From positions 59,609-123,608 of the forward strand of contig JAVZCB010000001.1 in NCBI GenBank assembly GCA_038874595.1: 64,000 nucleotides of DNA, in the 5' to 3' direction. Source of the DNA: Candidatus Micrarchaeia archaeon. GTDB lineage: Archaea > Micrarchaeota > Micrarchaeia > CAILAH01. A program made the translations under genes and the position numbers. Below the pieces are notes generated by a model. That model made no database searches. It saw nothing but the letters and a program-made list of their open reading frames with translations, and was not told where the DNA came from. Below, one piece after another: positions 40,591-50,959 of the stretch (positions are counted from its first letter, which is position 1; every line of letters starts with the position of its first letter).

Positions 40591-42116
40591 GTGTGATGCT
40601 CCAGAGGTTTGCCGATGAGGGCTTCCTCGTGGAATCGGGTGTTGACCGCCTGCTTGCAGAATGCGGTCTCCAGGCAGATGCAATAATTGAGTTTGCAAAA
40701 CAGCGTGATGAGTTTATAATCTCGCATTCCTTGATTGAGGATTATCTCAGGCAGAAGCATGAGCAGGAGAAAGCCTCTTTGCAAGAGCCTATCGAACCTG
40801 AAACGCAGGCGTGCATTGAGAAAGTTGTTGAGGTGAAGGTTGAGCGCCCAGTTTTCCGTGCACTGGCATCAGAGTATCCATCACGTATTGAGCACATTGC
40901 CAGGTATGATGTGAGCGGCAAGTCCACTTGTGAGGGCACAGTTGATGATTTTGTATCGCTTTTCAAGGATAGGCACAAGAGGATATCTGCACTCTTGCAC
41001 GCACAGCCGTCACAGTATCCAGTGACCACATTAAACGGTGCAAAGAAGGGTGAGAAGTGCAGGTTTATTGGGATGGTGCGCTCAAAAACGGTAACAAAGA
41101 ATGGGCACCTGATAATTGAGATTGAGGATGAGCAGGGTGTGATGAAAGGGTTCATAAACAGCTCAAAGAAGGAGCTGATGGCCCTCTCAGGGCAGGTGCT
41201 TTTGGATGAGGTGCTCGCATTTGACGGTAATTACAAAGACCCTTTCTTCTTTATTGATGCAATTACGTGGCCGGATATCCCGGTAAGCAAACCAAAACGC
41301 CTGATTGAGGAGGACCTTTCAATAGCTTTCTTATCCGATTTGCACGTTGGCAGCAAACTTTTTCTGGAAGACCAGTTTAAGCATATGCTTAACTGGCTGA
41401 AGGGCAACTGCGGGGATGCGCGTGAGCGCGAGATTGCTTCCTCTGTAAAATACCTGTTTATAGCAGGTGATATGGTTGACGGTATAGGGATATACCCCAA
41501 CCAGGAGAAGGAGCTTGCAATACAGGACATTTATGAGCAGTACAATACGTTGTTCAATTATCTTGAGCAGGTCCCGGAATACATTGACATCATAATGATA
41601 CCAGGTAATCACGATGCGGTCAGGAGAGGTGACCCGCAACCGCGTATCCCGGATGAGTTCATTAGGAACAAGCGCTCAAACTATCATTTTGGCTCATCAC
41701 CATCCTGGTTTAAGGTTGAAGGGCTAAACTGCCTGCTTTATCACGGCAATTCGCTTGATTCAATGATTGCAAACATAGCGGGGCTTTCATACAACGAGCC
41801 AGAGAAGGCGCAGGTTGAATACTTGAAAAGGAGGCACTTGTCACCGATATATGGCTCTAACCACATAATCCCAGAGAAGGAGGATTATATGGTGATTGAG
41901 GACGTCCCGGATATTGTACATATGGGGCACGTGCATAAGAACGGTTATGTTGAGTACCGCAACGTGCTGTGTATTAACGCAGGCACGTGGCAGTCGCGTA
42001 CCGAGTACCAGCGTATGCAGGGGCACATACCTACACCTGCAATTCTTCCGATATATAATATGAAACGCGGCTCGATTCGCCAGGTTGATTTCAATGGTGG
42101 TACCGTTGAGTGCTGA
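40587..42116 (+). CDS. polB: DNA polymerase D small subunit DP1
   Basis: OB fold plus SDLHVGS, AGD.VDG.GIYP.Q, PGNHD, HMGHVH. Confidence 0.95.
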   Translation: MSVMLQRFADEGFLVESGVDRLLAECGLQADAIIEFAKQRDEFIISHSLIEDYLRQKHEQEKASLQEPIEPETQACIEKVVEVKVERPVFRALASEYPSRIEHIARYDVSGKSTCEGTVDDFVSLFKDRHKRISALLHAQPSQYPVTTLNGAKKGEKCRFIGMVRSKTVTKNGHLIIEIEDEQGVMKGFINSSKKELMALSGQVLLDEVLAFDGNYKDPFFFIDAITWPDIPVSKPKRLIEEDLSIAFLSDLHVGSKLFLEDQFKHMLNWLKGNCGDAREREIASSVKYLFIAGDMVDGIGIYPNQEKELAIQDIYEQYNTLFNYLEQVPEYIDIIMIPGNHDAVRRGDPQPRIPDEFIRNKRSNYHFGSSPSWFKVEGLNCLLYHGNSLDSMIANIAGLSYNEPEKAQVEYLKRRHLSPIYGSNHIIPEKEDYMVIEDVPDIVHMGHVHKNGYVEYRNVLCINAGTWQSRTEYQRMQGHIPTPAILPIYNMKRGSIRQVDFNGGTVEC

Positions 42117-45100
42117 TAACTCAAGAACACACACAGATAACAACGCACAGCAGCAGGCAACAGCCATTATTCATAATGATATCAAGGCATATTTCAAGCG
42201 TATCGAGGAGGGGGCACAGGAAGCGCTCAGGATTGCAAACGAGGCGCGCAGGAAAGGCTACGATTTCGTTGACCATGTTGAGATAACGCTTGCACCTGAT
42301 GTTGCAGGCCGTGTTGAGGGTATTGTTGGGCCGAAAGGCATTTCTGAGGTTATCAGGGAGCTGGTCGCACAGAAGAAGACGCGCGATGAGGTTGCGTTTG
42401 AGATTGCGCGCCGTATCACCACCAATGAATTTGCGACCGGCCTCAACACTGAGCAGCGGCTCGGGCAGGCAGTACGTACCGGCCTTGCGGTGCTTACCGA
42501 AGGTGTGCTGGTAGCACCTACTGAAGGTATATCCGCAGTTAAGATTGAGAAGAACCCTGACGGCTCAAACTACTTAGCGATTTATTTCTCCGGCCCGATT
42601 AGGTCGGCAGGAGGTACCGCAGCAGCATTGGCTGTCCTGCTGGGTGATTACGTCCGCCGGTTTGCTGATATTGGCGATTTTATACCTACAGAAACAGAAC
42701 TGCTCCGCTATGTTGAGGAAGTGAATTTATATGATGCAAGGTGTGCCAGGCTGCAGTACAAGCCGCCAGATGAGGATATAAAATGGGTATTCAAGAATTG
42801 CAAGGTATGCATTGCAGGTGAGCCTACACACGATATTGAGGTTAGCGTGTACAGGAACCTTGAGCGCATGAAGACCAATAGGGTACGCAGCGGTGTTGCG
42901 CTCGTGAGCTGTGAAGGGATTGCACAGAAAGCGCGTAAAGTCCTCAAATACGCAAAGAAGTACGGGCTTGACTGGGGCTGGCTTGAGAAGCTTGTCAAGG
43001 AGAAAAAGAAAGAGGATAAGGTTGAAATCAAGCCGAACGATACGTTCTTGGAAGGGCTTGTTGCAGGCAGGCCGGTCTTTTCGTACCCATCAGCAAAAGG
43101 CGGGTTTAGGCTAAGGTATGGGCGCACGCGGTTTACAGGTATTGCTGCAAAAGCGATACACCCTGCTACTATGGTGCTGCTTGATTATTTCCCTGCGTTG
43201 GGAACACAGCTTAAGATAGAACGCCCAGGTAAAGGCACGGTAATAACACCGTGCGATACAATAATGGGCCCAATCGTTAGGCTCAAGAATGGTGATGTTG
43301 TATATGTTTCATCCTCAGATGAGGCAAAACTGCTTTATGAAGATGTTGAAAAAATCCTATTTCTAGGCGACATGCTTATATCCTATAATGATTTTTCAAA
43401 AGCGAACCACGTGCTTTTACCATCACCGTTCGTTGAGGAGATATGGGACATGCTCGCTGCAGAAAAGTCAGCAAGCCAGGGTGAGCAAATCGTACGGCCC
43501 AGGACGGCGCGTGAGGCGTTTGATTTATCACGGAAGACATCGCTCCCATTATACCCGGCATACCTATACTTTTGGAGTGATATCTCAAAAGAAGAGCTGT
43601 TGACACTTGTTAACGCAATCACATCTGCTGGCAAAGTTGAGCTTGATTGGTTTGATGTAAAATCGCTTACAATCAATGATATGAGCGCAAAGCCCGTGCT
43701 TGAATCGCTCGGTGTGCCTCACAAGCTTAGGGATGGCGCAATAATAGTTGAAGGTGATCATGCATATTCACTTCTTGCCACACTCGGTATGCTTGGAAGC
43801 AGTTCAAACGCTAAAATATCCAGGGAAGTTATCGATTCTGCTGTTTCAAACGCCAATACTGATGACGTGTGCTCCATACTCACAATAGCATCAGGTGTTG
43901 AGATACGCAGGAAATCCACATATTATATAGGGTCCAGGATGGGCCGGCCTGAGAAGGCAGATGACCGCTCAATGGCAGGTTCTGTCCACGGCCTGTTCCC
44001 GATAGGAACGCTCGGTGGCAAACTCCGTAGTGTCTCAACAGCGATAAAGAGCAATTATGCATCCTCACTTAATGTTGACCTTGTAGAGCTGCACTGCCAC
44101 AAATGCAACGCAGTATCTTTTTATCCTGTATGCATTTCATGCGGTGCGCGCATCGAGTATGATATCTCAGCAGTTAAGCATAGTGTCAGGCCGATTGATT
44201 TCAAGTCGCTTTACGAGCGTGCAGTAAAACGATGCGATTGTTCACCTGAAGGGTTCCGTCTCATCGTGGGGCTTACAAGCAGCACAAAGTTCCCTGAAGC
44301 GCTCGAGAAAGGGCTTCTCCGTGCAAAACACGGCGTTTACGTGTTCAAGGATGGCACGTGCAGGTTTGATTCAACTGACCTGCCGGCAACGCATTTCAGG
44401 CCGCGTGAGATAGGTACCTCAATTGAAAAGCTGCGCGAGCTTGGCTATCTATATGATGCTTCCGGCGCCCCGCTCGAATCCGAGGACCAGGTTGTTGAGC
44501 TGTTACCGCAGGATATAATATTATCAGAGAACTCTGCTGACTTTTTTTTGCGGCTCTCTCATTTCATTGATGACCTGCTCATACACCTATATGGCATGAA
44601 GCCTTTTTACAATGCAGACTCAAAGGAGGACCTTATAGGCCATTTGTTTATCACACTCTCACCGCATACATCTGCAGGTGTGGTAAGCCGCCTCATCGGT
44701 TTTATTAAGGGCCGTGTCGGCATATCACATCCATATGTGATTTGTGCGCGCAGGAGAAATGCGGATGGTGATGAGGATACCGCGATACTTTTGATGGATG
44801 CATTCCTTAATTTCTCAAAGCTATACCTTCCAGAGACACGCGGCTCAACCATGGATGCGCCTATCGTTCTTACAACGGTTGTTGACCCTGCCGAGGTTGA
44901 TGATGAAGTGCATGCAATGGAGGTTGTCAAATCTTATGGGCTCGAATTTTACAAGGCCGCTGAAGAGTACAAGCCGCCAAGCGCAATCAAGCCAGAGCTT
45001 GTTGAGGACAGGCTCGGGAAAGAAAGCGCGTTTTACTCTCTGGGGTATACGCACGAAGTCACGGATATAAATGATTCTCCAGTCCGTTCCGAGTACGTGC

Positions 45101-45507
45101 TATTAAAATCAATGAAGGATAAGCTTGATAAGCAGTTCTCACTATACAGCAGGCTGCGCGCAGTTGATGCAGTCGATGCGGCCACGCGGTTGCTATCATC
45201 GCATTTCATCCCAGACATCTATGGGAACCTACGCTCATTTTCCAGGCAGACGTTCCGCTGTGGCGGCTGCAACAACATTTATAGGAGAGTACCATTATGC
45301 GGTAAATGCGAGAAGTGCGGCGGCAAGCTTCTCCTAACAATCAACAAGGGTGGGATTGAGAAATACATCAAGCTCGCCAAGTATCTCATAACCAAGTACG
45401 ATCTTCCTGAGTATACGATGCAGCGGTTGGAGCGCGTAGAGAAGGAAATCTCATCGATATTTGAGGATGAAAAAAAGAAGCAGTCATCTTTGGCGCAGTT
45501 CTTGTGA
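42085..45507 (+). CDS. polC: DNA polymerase D large subunit DP2
   Basis: GPIRSAGGT, GGFRLRYGR, RRN.DGDED catalytic motif, C-terminal Zn finger and PIP box QSSLAQFL; no intein seen. Confidence 0.97.
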   Translation: MISMVVPLSADNSRTHTDNNAQQQATAIIHNDIKAYFKRIEEGAQEALRIANEARRKGYDFVDHVEITLAPDVAGRVEGIVGPKGISEVIRELVAQKKTRDEVAFEIARRITTNEFATGLNTEQRLGQAVRTGLAVLTEGVLVAPTEGISAVKIEKNPDGSNYLAIYFSGPIRSAGGTAAALAVLLGDYVRRFADIGDFIPTETELLRYVEEVNLYDARCARLQYKPPDEDIKWVFKNCKVCIAGEPTHDIEVSVYRNLERMKTNRVRSGVALVSCEGIAQKARKVLKYAKKYGLDWGWLEKLVKEKKKEDKVEIKPNDTFLEGLVAGRPVFSYPSAKGGFRLRYGRTRFTGIAAKAIHPATMVLLDYFPALGTQLKIERPGKGTVITPCDTIMGPIVRLKNGDVVYVSSSDEAKLLYEDVEKILFLGDMLISYNDFSKANHVLLPSPFVEEIWDMLAAEKSASQGEQIVRPRTAREAFDLSRKTSLPLYPAYLYFWSDISKEELLTLVNAITSAGKVELDWFDVKSLTINDMSAKPVLESLGVPHKLRDGAIIVEGDHAYSLLATLGMLGSSSNAKISREVIDSAVSNANTDDVCSILTIASGVEIRRKSTYYIGSRMGRPEKADDRSMAGSVHGLFPIGTLGGKLRSVSTAIKSNYASSLNVDLVELHCHKCNAVSFYPVCISCGARIEYDISAVKHSVRPIDFKSLYERAVKRCDCSPEGFRLIVGLTSSTKFPEALEKGLLRAKHGVYVFKDGTCRFDSTDLPATHFRPREIGTSIEKLRELGYLYDASGAPLESEDQVVELLPQDIILSENSADFFLRLSHFIDDLLIHLYGMKPFYNADSKEDLIGHLFITLSPHTSAGVVSRLIGFIKGRVGISHPYVICARRRNADGDEDTAILLMDAFLNFSKLYLPETRGSTMDAPIVLTTVVDPAEVDDEVHAMEVVKSYGLEFYKAAEEYKPPSAIKPELVEDRLGKESAFYSLGYTHEVTDINDSPVRSEYVLLKSMKDKLDKQFSLYSRLRAVDAVDAATRLLSSHFIPDIYGNLRSFSRQTFRCGGCNNIYRRVPLCGKCEKCGGKLLLTINKGGIEKYIKLAKYLITKYDLPEYTMQRLERVEKEISSIFEDEKKKQSSLAQFL
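45304..45507 (+). repeat. polC 3' end, copy 1 of direct repeat (with 50711-50914)
   Basis: 204-nt alignment by eye, about 27 mismatches, nearly all synonymous. Confidence 0.9.
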
Positions 45508-45743
45508 ATGAAGATGAGACTATATTTATGTGGTTTTTATATCTGCTCTCAGAATAGTATTTTATCTATGTATATAGTACGCCTTTTCTAATAAATAAGG
45601 TTGAGAAGGAGATACTTGTTTTCTTAATAACTGCTTTTTATAGTATTTTATTGCAACATTATTGTAACAGTTTATGAAAGTAGAAATTAATTAAGGCTGT
45701 AGATATTTGTATTTAATATATTTTCCAGTGATTTATTCTTGGT

Positions 45744-46730
45744 GTGATAATGGATTTTTTTGAAGGAGTTCTTGTTATTATAAGTGCATTAATATTTGCT
45801 GCGTTTTCGGCAGCTGTTGGTTATTATTATGGGGTGCAAACAGAACGCAAACGTAAAGAATATGAGTCAAATTCAGCATTAATTCATATCAATCAGCAGT
45901 TAGCTGAGATTAAGATTAAGTTTGAAGAGATTGAGAAAGCCCGTAAAGATCGTGAGAAATTAGTGTCTGATATGAATGCAGAACGCATTGAATTTATGGA
46001 TATCCTTAGAAAGGACGCAAGTAAAAAGGAAGAAGATAGACTTAAACAAGTTCAAGAAATTATAGATAATATGGGTAAAATAGAAAGAATTCTTGTTGGT
46101 ACTTATTCAAGAGGTAAGTCGGGTGAAGAACTTTTGAAAGAATCACTAAAAGATTTCATAAAAATACGCCTGGTAGAATGTAATGTATCCGTTGGCAATA
46201 ATCTTACTGTCGAATATGGCTGGAAACTTAATGATGGTAAGTATATCCCTATAGATTCCAAATATCCAGATATATTTGGTCAAATTAGGAAATTAGATGA
46301 AACCAACGATGCGAACGCTCGTAAAAAACTTAAGGAAATGATTAAGCGAACTTTAGAAAGAAATATAGATGATATCACAAAATATCAGAATCAAACAAAA
46401 ACTACAGATTACTGTATTCTTTCAGTTCCAGATTCAATAATTGAGCTTTTACCAGAAATATGTCATTATGGTTTATCAAAAAGAGTTTTTGTCGTAGGAT
46501 ACTCAAATACAGCTATAATTGCGTTCCTTATCGCACAACAGTATAATAAAAGTTTGGAAGAACGTGATGTAAAGGAATTAAGCCAGATTATCGAGAGTCT
46601 CTCTATGATATTGGATAAGATTTCTGAGAACGTTAGTACTATCGAACGTGGGATTAAAATGGTCAAAAATGCCAGTGAAGATATTCAAGCTGAGGTGGTA
46701 AAGGGCAAACAAAAGATTAAGTTGTATTAA
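45744..46730 (+). CDS. rmuC: Membrane-anchored RmuC-family nuclease
   Basis: N-terminal TM, coiled coil, RGKSGE..L, PIDSKYP, TTDYCIL. Confidence 0.8.
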   Translation: MIMDFFEGVLVIISALIFAAFSAAVGYYYGVQTERKRKEYESNSALIHINQQLAEIKIKFEEIEKARKDREKLVSDMNAERIEFMDILRKDASKKEEDRLKQVQEIIDNMGKIERILVGTYSRGKSGEELLKESLKDFIKIRLVECNVSVGNNLTVEYGWKLNDGKYIPIDSKYPDIFGQIRKLDETNDANARKKLKEMIKRTLERNIDDITKYQNQTKTTDYCILSVPDSIIELLPEICHYGLSKRVFVVGYSNTAIIAFLIAQQYNKSLEERDVKELSQIIESLSMILDKISENVSTIERGIKMVKNASEDIQAEVVKGKQKIKLY

Positions 46731-46836
46731 TGTTTTGGTTATTGAAAACTCTATACTTAAACTGGCTATTTCGGAAACCGAAAACTTATTATTTAGTTAA
46801 TCTCTAAGTAAATTCATCTCTAAATGGGAGGATGAT

Positions 46837-47349
46837 TTGTTGGGTCCTGGTGTGAGGTTAAGTATACTTCAAAAGAAGTCCGGAGAATGGTTTGATATGG
46901 AATCACATAGTGAAATAAGAGGTAATATTGTTGCAGTAAACGTCAGCGATTCCTGTTCAGGTGATTGGACTTTAAACTTAAAAATTTCTGAAGATTTGAG
47001 AAAATGTGAAGTTGCGGCTGTAACTTCTTCAGGAACAACAATTCTTCATGACCAAGTCAAGCATAAAACGATGGTTTTGAAGGCGAAAGATGAGAATGAA
47101 TTTTATAGCCTATTGGGATTGGCATACATACAAGAAGATCGCCTTAGGATGAAAAGAGTGAGTTCTAGGACTAAAGTTCCGGTAGAAATATCTAATCGAT
47201 TTGAGCTTGTGACAATGAGTAGCCTGGGCAAATTCGGACCAATGCGCGACAAGATTGCAGCAATAGTAAATAAAGAAGATTATGAGAGAATCGCATTGTT
47301 ATTTTATTTACAGAAAATTGCCCCAATTTTGGACAAATTTAAAATTTAG
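46837..47349 (+). CDS. Hypothetical protein
   Basis: 170 aa, TTG start after GGAGGATGA SD. Confidence 0.6.
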   Translation: MLGPGVRLSILQKKSGEWFDMESHSEIRGNIVAVNVSDSCSGDWTLNLKISEDLRKCEVAAVTSSGTTILHDQVKHKTMVLKAKDENEFYSLLGLAYIQEDRLRMKRVSSRTKVPVEISNRFELVTMSSLGKFGPMRDKIAAIVNKEDYERIALLFYLQKIAPILDKFKI

Positions 47350-47362
47350 AGGAGGTGAAATA

Positions 47363-47437
47363 ATGGCACGAAGAGTATCTTTCACAAGAAGCAATGGGAG
47401 CAGAGTTTGCTTCTATTCCACACGTAAGAGGCCTTGA
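47363..47437 (+). CDS. 24-aa basic micropeptide MARRVSFTRSNGSRVCFYSTRKRP
   Basis: Perfect SD GGAGGTGA 5 nt upstream; not in the ORF track. Confidence 0.5.
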   Translation: MARRVSFTRSNGSRVCFYSTRKRP

Positions 47438-47482
47438 ACTGAGAAGAACGTCTTAATAATGGAACCTAGCAATTGTCACATA

Positions 47483-48232
47483 TTATTTCTTTTGGTTTTG
47501 GAAAAACATTTTATTAAGAAAAGGTGATAGTAAGACTGGATCAAAAACTCTTTTCATTATGACTCTTGAATCAAGTTTTGTTTTCTTAGATGCAATCTCC
47601 ATTATTGAAAAAATTTTTAAAAGGGTATCCAACCCCTCTTTTTCACAAAGGCTTTTAGCTTTGTTTAAAATTACAATATGTTGTTCTTTTGGTAAGTCAA
47701 ACCTTAGTAGGTCAAACATTGAAATCTTAAGTGTTTCAAAATCTTTATTATTGAATTTTTCTCTAAATTTGTAAACTTCGTCATCTTTTAATTTATTTAC
47801 ATAAGTATAAATTTTGTTTGAAAGTTGATTTGATTCGATTTTTCTTATCTTCGATTTCTTTGATAAAATTATTTTAGGTATTTGATTGTTAAGTATAGCG
47901 TATTTTAATTGATTTTTTTCATTTGCATTAAGTTTTTTGGAGTTTGGTGCAAGATAAGATAGTACAGGCAGTAATTTTGAAATAGGTAGTCTAATTTTTG
48001 AAATATCCTCTTTTGTGAATGCACTTCTTAACCAATAACCTCTAAGAAGTAGCGCTCTACTCACATAAATTTTTTTATTTTGAATATTCCAATACGTTTT
48101 TTGTGAAACCATTTTATGCTCAACTAAGAAATCCCCCAGTATCCATAATTTTTGTATTTTTTTATGAGGATCAATCTCTCTTTTGTATTCACTAGTCATT
48201 TTTTGAAGGGTAATTAAGATATAATCATTCAT
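47483..48232 (-). CDS. Hypothetical basic protein (weak resemblance to DUF1016 N-terminal helices)
   Basis: ATG 48232 overlaps the GHKL stop; LWILGDFL...SRALLLRGYW. Confidence 0.6.
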   Translation of the reverse strand: MNDYILITLQKMTSEYKREIDPHKKIQKLWILGDFLVEHKMVSQKTYWNIQNKKIYVSRALLLRGYWLRSAFTKEDISKIRLPISKLLPVLSYLAPNSKKLNANEKNQLKYAILNNQIPKIILSKKSKIRKIESNQLSNKIYTYVNKLKDDEVYKFREKFNNKDFETLKISMFDLLRFDLPKEQHIVILNKAKSLCEKEGLDTLLKIFSIMEIASKKTKLDSRVIMKRVFDPVLLSPFLNKMFFQNQKK

Positions 48233-50048
48233 CTTCTTCAACCTCTGCAACTTTCTTTTTAATTTCTTCACGTTTGTCCCAGAGCATTTTCTCAACTTTT
48301 GCAATTGTTTCAACTATCTTAACGTTTTTGTCCTTGCTATCTACTTCAATACCTTTCCTCTTGTAATATAGGTCAAGAAACCACGGTGTGGTAACGAATG
48401 CCAAATATGAGATAAATCTTTTTGTTATTTTCTTTTTCTTAGGAGTATTTAATCTCTCTAAATAAAAAGGATGTATTGAATTAATAACAATTATTTTATC
48501 TCCCCACATATCTGAAGGAGGCATTTTTTCACCAAGTGGGTGAAAATCAAATTGTAAGCCTCGTTGCTTTATTTGTTTGTAATTTATTTTGTTACCATCA
48601 TCAGATGAAGGTACTTCCCCCTTACTTTCTCCGATATTTGATCCTATCTGACCAGAGGTAGCATTTTCATTTATTTCACGTGATAAACCAGTTCTTATTT
48701 TACCTGTGCCTTTGTAGTCTTTGTTACCGAGTATAAAACCAGCACCTATGTCAGCGATTCCACTAAGCAAACCTTTGTCTGATTTTATTTCACGTGTCCT
48801 TGCAAAGATATCGGTATCCATCTCCTTCGAAACATCACTAAAAATATCTGATAGAAGATCCGACAATGATTTTTCGTGTTCTTTTATTTTATTTTTGTCA
48901 ATCTCATCAAATTTTTGTTTTACAACAGCAGTGATTTTTGCAAGTTCTGAATAGATGTAATCACGTTCATCGGAGGGAGTAATATCTGACCTTGTAATGT
49001 CTATTTCAATTTTTTTCGTAATATCAAACCGTCCAATAATTTCTGGTCTTTCCCATACTGTATTGTCAATGTTATTCTCGTTACAATAATCCTTAAAACT
49101 CTCAAGTCTTGGTATCTCCCTTATGGTTGTACCTAATCTGCTGATACGTGGTAAGTATTCTTTAATCACGGGATTTTGATTAAGATATGTCGGTTCAATA
49201 ATTTTGAAATAATACGTGGCAATACTTTTGTTGTTTTTGTCTTTAATTTCACCAGAAATGACCTCCCCAGGTATAGTGTTATAATCCAAAGGAGATATTT
49301 TGATTATTTGTGGTTTGCATACACTGCGCTTTTTGGTCCATCTATAAATATATATCTCAACAAGATTGCTACGTATAAACTCTTCGAAATGAATTGGGAT
49401 TGTGGTAATTAATTTTTCAGAGATGTAATCAAAAGAACTCCTTCTCTGTTCCTTTTTTGTAATTCCCTCAACAAATACATCTGTCCCATGAGTTCTTGTT
49501 ATCCTATAATATTGGAATGCTCGTAAATCGAAAATGGAACCGAATACAGGCATCTGAACTTTCTCTTTTTCTTCATTTAGGTTCCCATAAATTTCATTTC
49601 TTTCAAAGGATAGTAAATTTGTCTTTGGAGATTCATCTATACTTGTTGAATAAATTTTGATTGTGTCAAACCACCCTCTGAAAGATTGAATACCATATCC
49701 AAATTGACCAGGTGTCCAAGCGTAAGCTTTTTTCTTTGAATTGAAAGTTTTTGTAGGTAATTCGCTAAGTTCTTTTCTGGTCATCCCAGCACAATTATCT
49801 TGTATGATAAATCTCTTCCTTGTGGTATCAATATGAACAAGAATTTTTCTTGGCAATATTTCTTTACCGTATTTTTTTTCCAGCTCAATCGCACTATCAA
49901 TGGAGTTCTGTATATATTCATAAAGAACTGCTTCAGGTTGGTGGTACAGTGCAGCGATTCTTTGAATGATCTCCATTATTTGTTCATCTTTTGGATTATC
50001 TAGAATTCTTAACTTCATATTTTCGGCCTCATAAATTAAATTGTTCAA
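48225..50048 (-). CDS. GHKL (MORC/Hsp90-like) ATPase
   Basis: EYIQNSIDS (N box), DNCAGM (G1), GQFGYG (G2), HGT (G3), C-terminal INSIHPFY. Confidence 0.85.
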   Translation of the reverse strand: MNNLIYEAENMKLRILDNPKDEQIMEIIQRIAALYHQPEAVLYEYIQNSIDSAIELEKKYGKEILPRKILVHIDTTRKRFIIQDNCAGMTRKELSELPTKTFNSKKKAYAWTPGQFGYGIQSFRGWFDTIKIYSTSIDESPKTNLLSFERNEIYGNLNEEKEKVQMPVFGSIFDLRAFQYYRITRTHGTDVFVEGITKKEQRRSSFDYISEKLITTIPIHFEEFIRSNLVEIYIYRWTKKRSVCKPQIIKISPLDYNTIPGEVISGEIKDKNNKSIATYYFKIIEPTYLNQNPVIKEYLPRISRLGTTIREIPRLESFKDYCNENNIDNTVWERPEIIGRFDITKKIEIDITRSDITPSDERDYIYSELAKITAVVKQKFDEIDKNKIKEHEKSLSDLLSDIFSDVSKEMDTDIFARTREIKSDKGLLSGIADIGAGFILGNKDYKGTGKIRTGLSREINENATSGQIGSNIGESKGEVPSSDDGNKINYKQIKQRGLQFDFHPLGEKMPPSDMWGDKIIVINSIHPFYLERLNTPKKKKITKRFISYLAFVTTPWFLDLYYKRKGIEVDSKDKNVKIVETIAKVEKMLWDKREEIKKKVAEVEEDE

Positions 50049-50262
50049 GTGTGGATTTTTTGAAAAGTGATTTTACACGTTTTGTTTCCTTTTCAATTGC
50101 AGTAAATATTACATTCACTTCTTCATCAGAATACTCATAAGTAGAGATATTTGAACAATTTTCTAATAATTTGAGAGTATATAAAGTTTTCCTAGTTCTA
50201 GCCTCAGTGATACGTCTGAATTTCTCATTTTTTGTCTCTCCCGCAACAGATATTTTTACCAT
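50029..50262 (-). CDS. Small helical protein leading the GHKL operon
   Basis: KFRRITEARTRKTL..LKLLENCSN..YEYSDEEV..IF.AIEKE; ATG at 50262. Confidence 0.7.
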   Translation of the reverse strand: MVKISVAGETKNEKFRRITEARTRKTLYTLKLLENCSNISTYEYSDEEVNVIFTAIEKETKRVKSLFKKSTLEQFNL

Positions 50263-50589
50263 ATAATCATCTAATACTATTAGTATTGATAAAAGCAAAT
50301 ATAAAAACTTTTTCATTTTATGTTGTATATATTGCGGCTCTTAAATATCCAAGCGTTCCGTTGTATGAGGCATCTAAATTTTCATACCCGCTCTTAAGTT
50401 ATGATTGGAGGTGGTCAAGGTGATGCAAAAATACATATCTATCTTAAATTTTAGGCTCAGATGATTATCTTTAATCTCTGGACATTCTATTGTAAGTAAT
50501 AATTTCAATGATAAGATATCTCCGACTATTGAAAAAGAGTGATCTTTACTCAGCTTCATTAAGTTATTTTTATTCTTTATTTATACCTA

Positions 50590-50670
50590 CTACTGGAAGA
50601 ACCACTGCTTTACTGCTTCTGTTGTGATGCAATAGAAAAACAAAATTTCGAATACGATGGCGATGCCAAG
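50590..50670 (-). pseudogene. Diverged 3' fragment of mgtA
   Basis: Encodes LGIAIVFEILFFYCITTEAVKQWFFQ*, versus LDIAIVFGIVFLYCITTEIVKQWFFQ at 53149-53226. Confidence 0.85.
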
Positions 50671-50710
50671 ACATATTTTGGTGTATCTTTTCCCTTACGG
50701 CAAATGTAAG

Positions 50711-50914
50711 AAATGCGAGAAGTGCGGCGGCAAGCTTCTCTTAACAATCAACAAGGGCGGGATTGAGAAATACATCAAGCTGGCCAAATACCTGATTACA
50801 AAATATGGACTTCCAGAATATACGATGCAAAGGTTAGAGAGAGTTGAGAAGGAAATCTCATCGATATTTGAGGATGAAAAAAAGAAGCAGTCCTCACTGG
50901 CACAGTTCCTCTAA
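50711..50914 (+). pseudogene. Duplicated 3' end of polC (DP2 C-terminal 67 aa)
   Basis: Translation identical to the DP2 C-terminus except D->G; lies within ORF 50657-50914. Confidence 0.9.
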
Positions 50915-50959
50915 TACTATTTTAAGCTTAGAGTACCTAATTATAGATGAGCTGATTTT

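Noticed and set aside
42085-45507. Intein in DP2 (also checked CDC48 and SMC)
   Set aside because: Lengths are canonical and no C...HN-C/S/T or LAGLIDADG blocks were seen.
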